DNA of 64,000 nt from Iphione sp. A-MEVVRFRX5. Its lineage: Eukaryota. The position numbers and the translations under genes were made by a program. Within the stretch, counting starts at the first letter, position 1; each line of letters begins with the position of its first letter. The stretch is taken from contig OZ320313.1 in the NCBI GenBank assembly GCA_976226885.1, positions 75,268,001-75,332,000 on the forward strand, read 5' to 3'. Below the pieces are notes generated by a model that did not search any database, had not been told where the DNA came from, and worked only from the letters and a program-made list of their open reading frames with translations. Below, one piece after another: positions 63,300-64,000 of the stretch.

Positions 63300-64000
63300 G
63301 GTACTCTCCAATTTTCTTTTTTGAATTTATTCATGAAAAGACTTTTAACCTTTATTTTTAGAAGATTTGGTTTAATCAGTGGACGTAATTTCAGACTTAA
63401 TGGGAGGGAGTTCCATATCCTGATTAAATTATATCGACGAGAAGACTTGTATATTTCTAAGTTTATTTTAGGGTTTTTTATCTTCAGTTCAGTGTTGCCT
63501 CATGTTACAGTTTTGTTTTCTACGATATTAGGGCACAATATATTCGAAGTAATTGCTAATAGCGCTAGATGATAATCAAATCTCAATTCCAATGGGAGTA
63601 AATTTGCCTTTGCATATAAAGTATTAATTTCCGAGTTCCAGTCTAAAAAACAAATTTGTAGAACCCTATTTAAGACTGATTTTAATCTACAGAAATGTAT
63701 GTCGTTTCTTTTATTTATTATGACGGCACCATATTCTATATGTGGTAACATGTACATTTTAAGTATTTGAGTAGCTATCTTCTGCGTCATGTTTCTCTTA
63801 GAACATTTAAACATACCTATAAGTGGTTTTATCTTGTTTATTATGCATGTTATATGACAGCCCTGATTCATATGTCGATTTAGAACAAATCCCAAATATC
63901 TAACCTGATTTACTACATGGATCTGTTGTCCATTTAAAGTTAGATTTAAATTTGCTTTATTATACCTGCTTTGTTTGCTACTAAAAAGTATAGCCTCTGA
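63300..64000 (-). mobile_element. CR1/L2-type LINE RT C-terminal fragment, running out of the window
   Basis: Minus-strand ORF 63500-63895 (V..VKYLGFVL...HITCIINKI...LPHIEYGAVI...RL..V.NRVL.I...LY.KANLLPLELR), then Y.KS.RRYN...IWNSLP. Confidence 0.85.

Overview
Animal genomic DNA, AT-rich and intron-rich; the organism looks like a marine invertebrate, but that is an impression only. There is a 144-nt N gap at 1288-1431. Three spliced housekeeping genes were reconstructed exon by exon with GT-AG sites and consistent phases: ELMO/ced-12 (+, 19 visible coding exons, 2346-14320, first coding exon not found), EMC4 (-, 5 exons, 18246-25098, 174 aa) and neuroguidin NGDN (+, 13 exons, 25242-43688, 309 aa). 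EMC4 and NGDN are head-to-head with only 143 bp between their start codons. Introns and the gene-free last 20 kb are filled with decayed mobile elements: L1/Tx1 and CR1/L2 LINE pieces, a DIRS1-like fragment with a methyltransferase-like domain, a long Ngaro-like tyrosine-recombinase retrotransposon, Harbinger/hAT-type MITEs and SINE-like retrocopies. The observations most worth checking are: (1) a 2.3-kb insertion bounded by 213-bp direct repeats that splits the Ngaro gag; (2) hammerhead-ribozyme-like cores in an intronic repeat; (3) about 10-fold enrichment of TACATGTA, including an apparent (TACATG)2 insertion into a dead LINE ORF; (4) two TSD-flanked retrocopies of an unidentified hairpin-rich RNA. 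No clearly novel protein-coding system was found.
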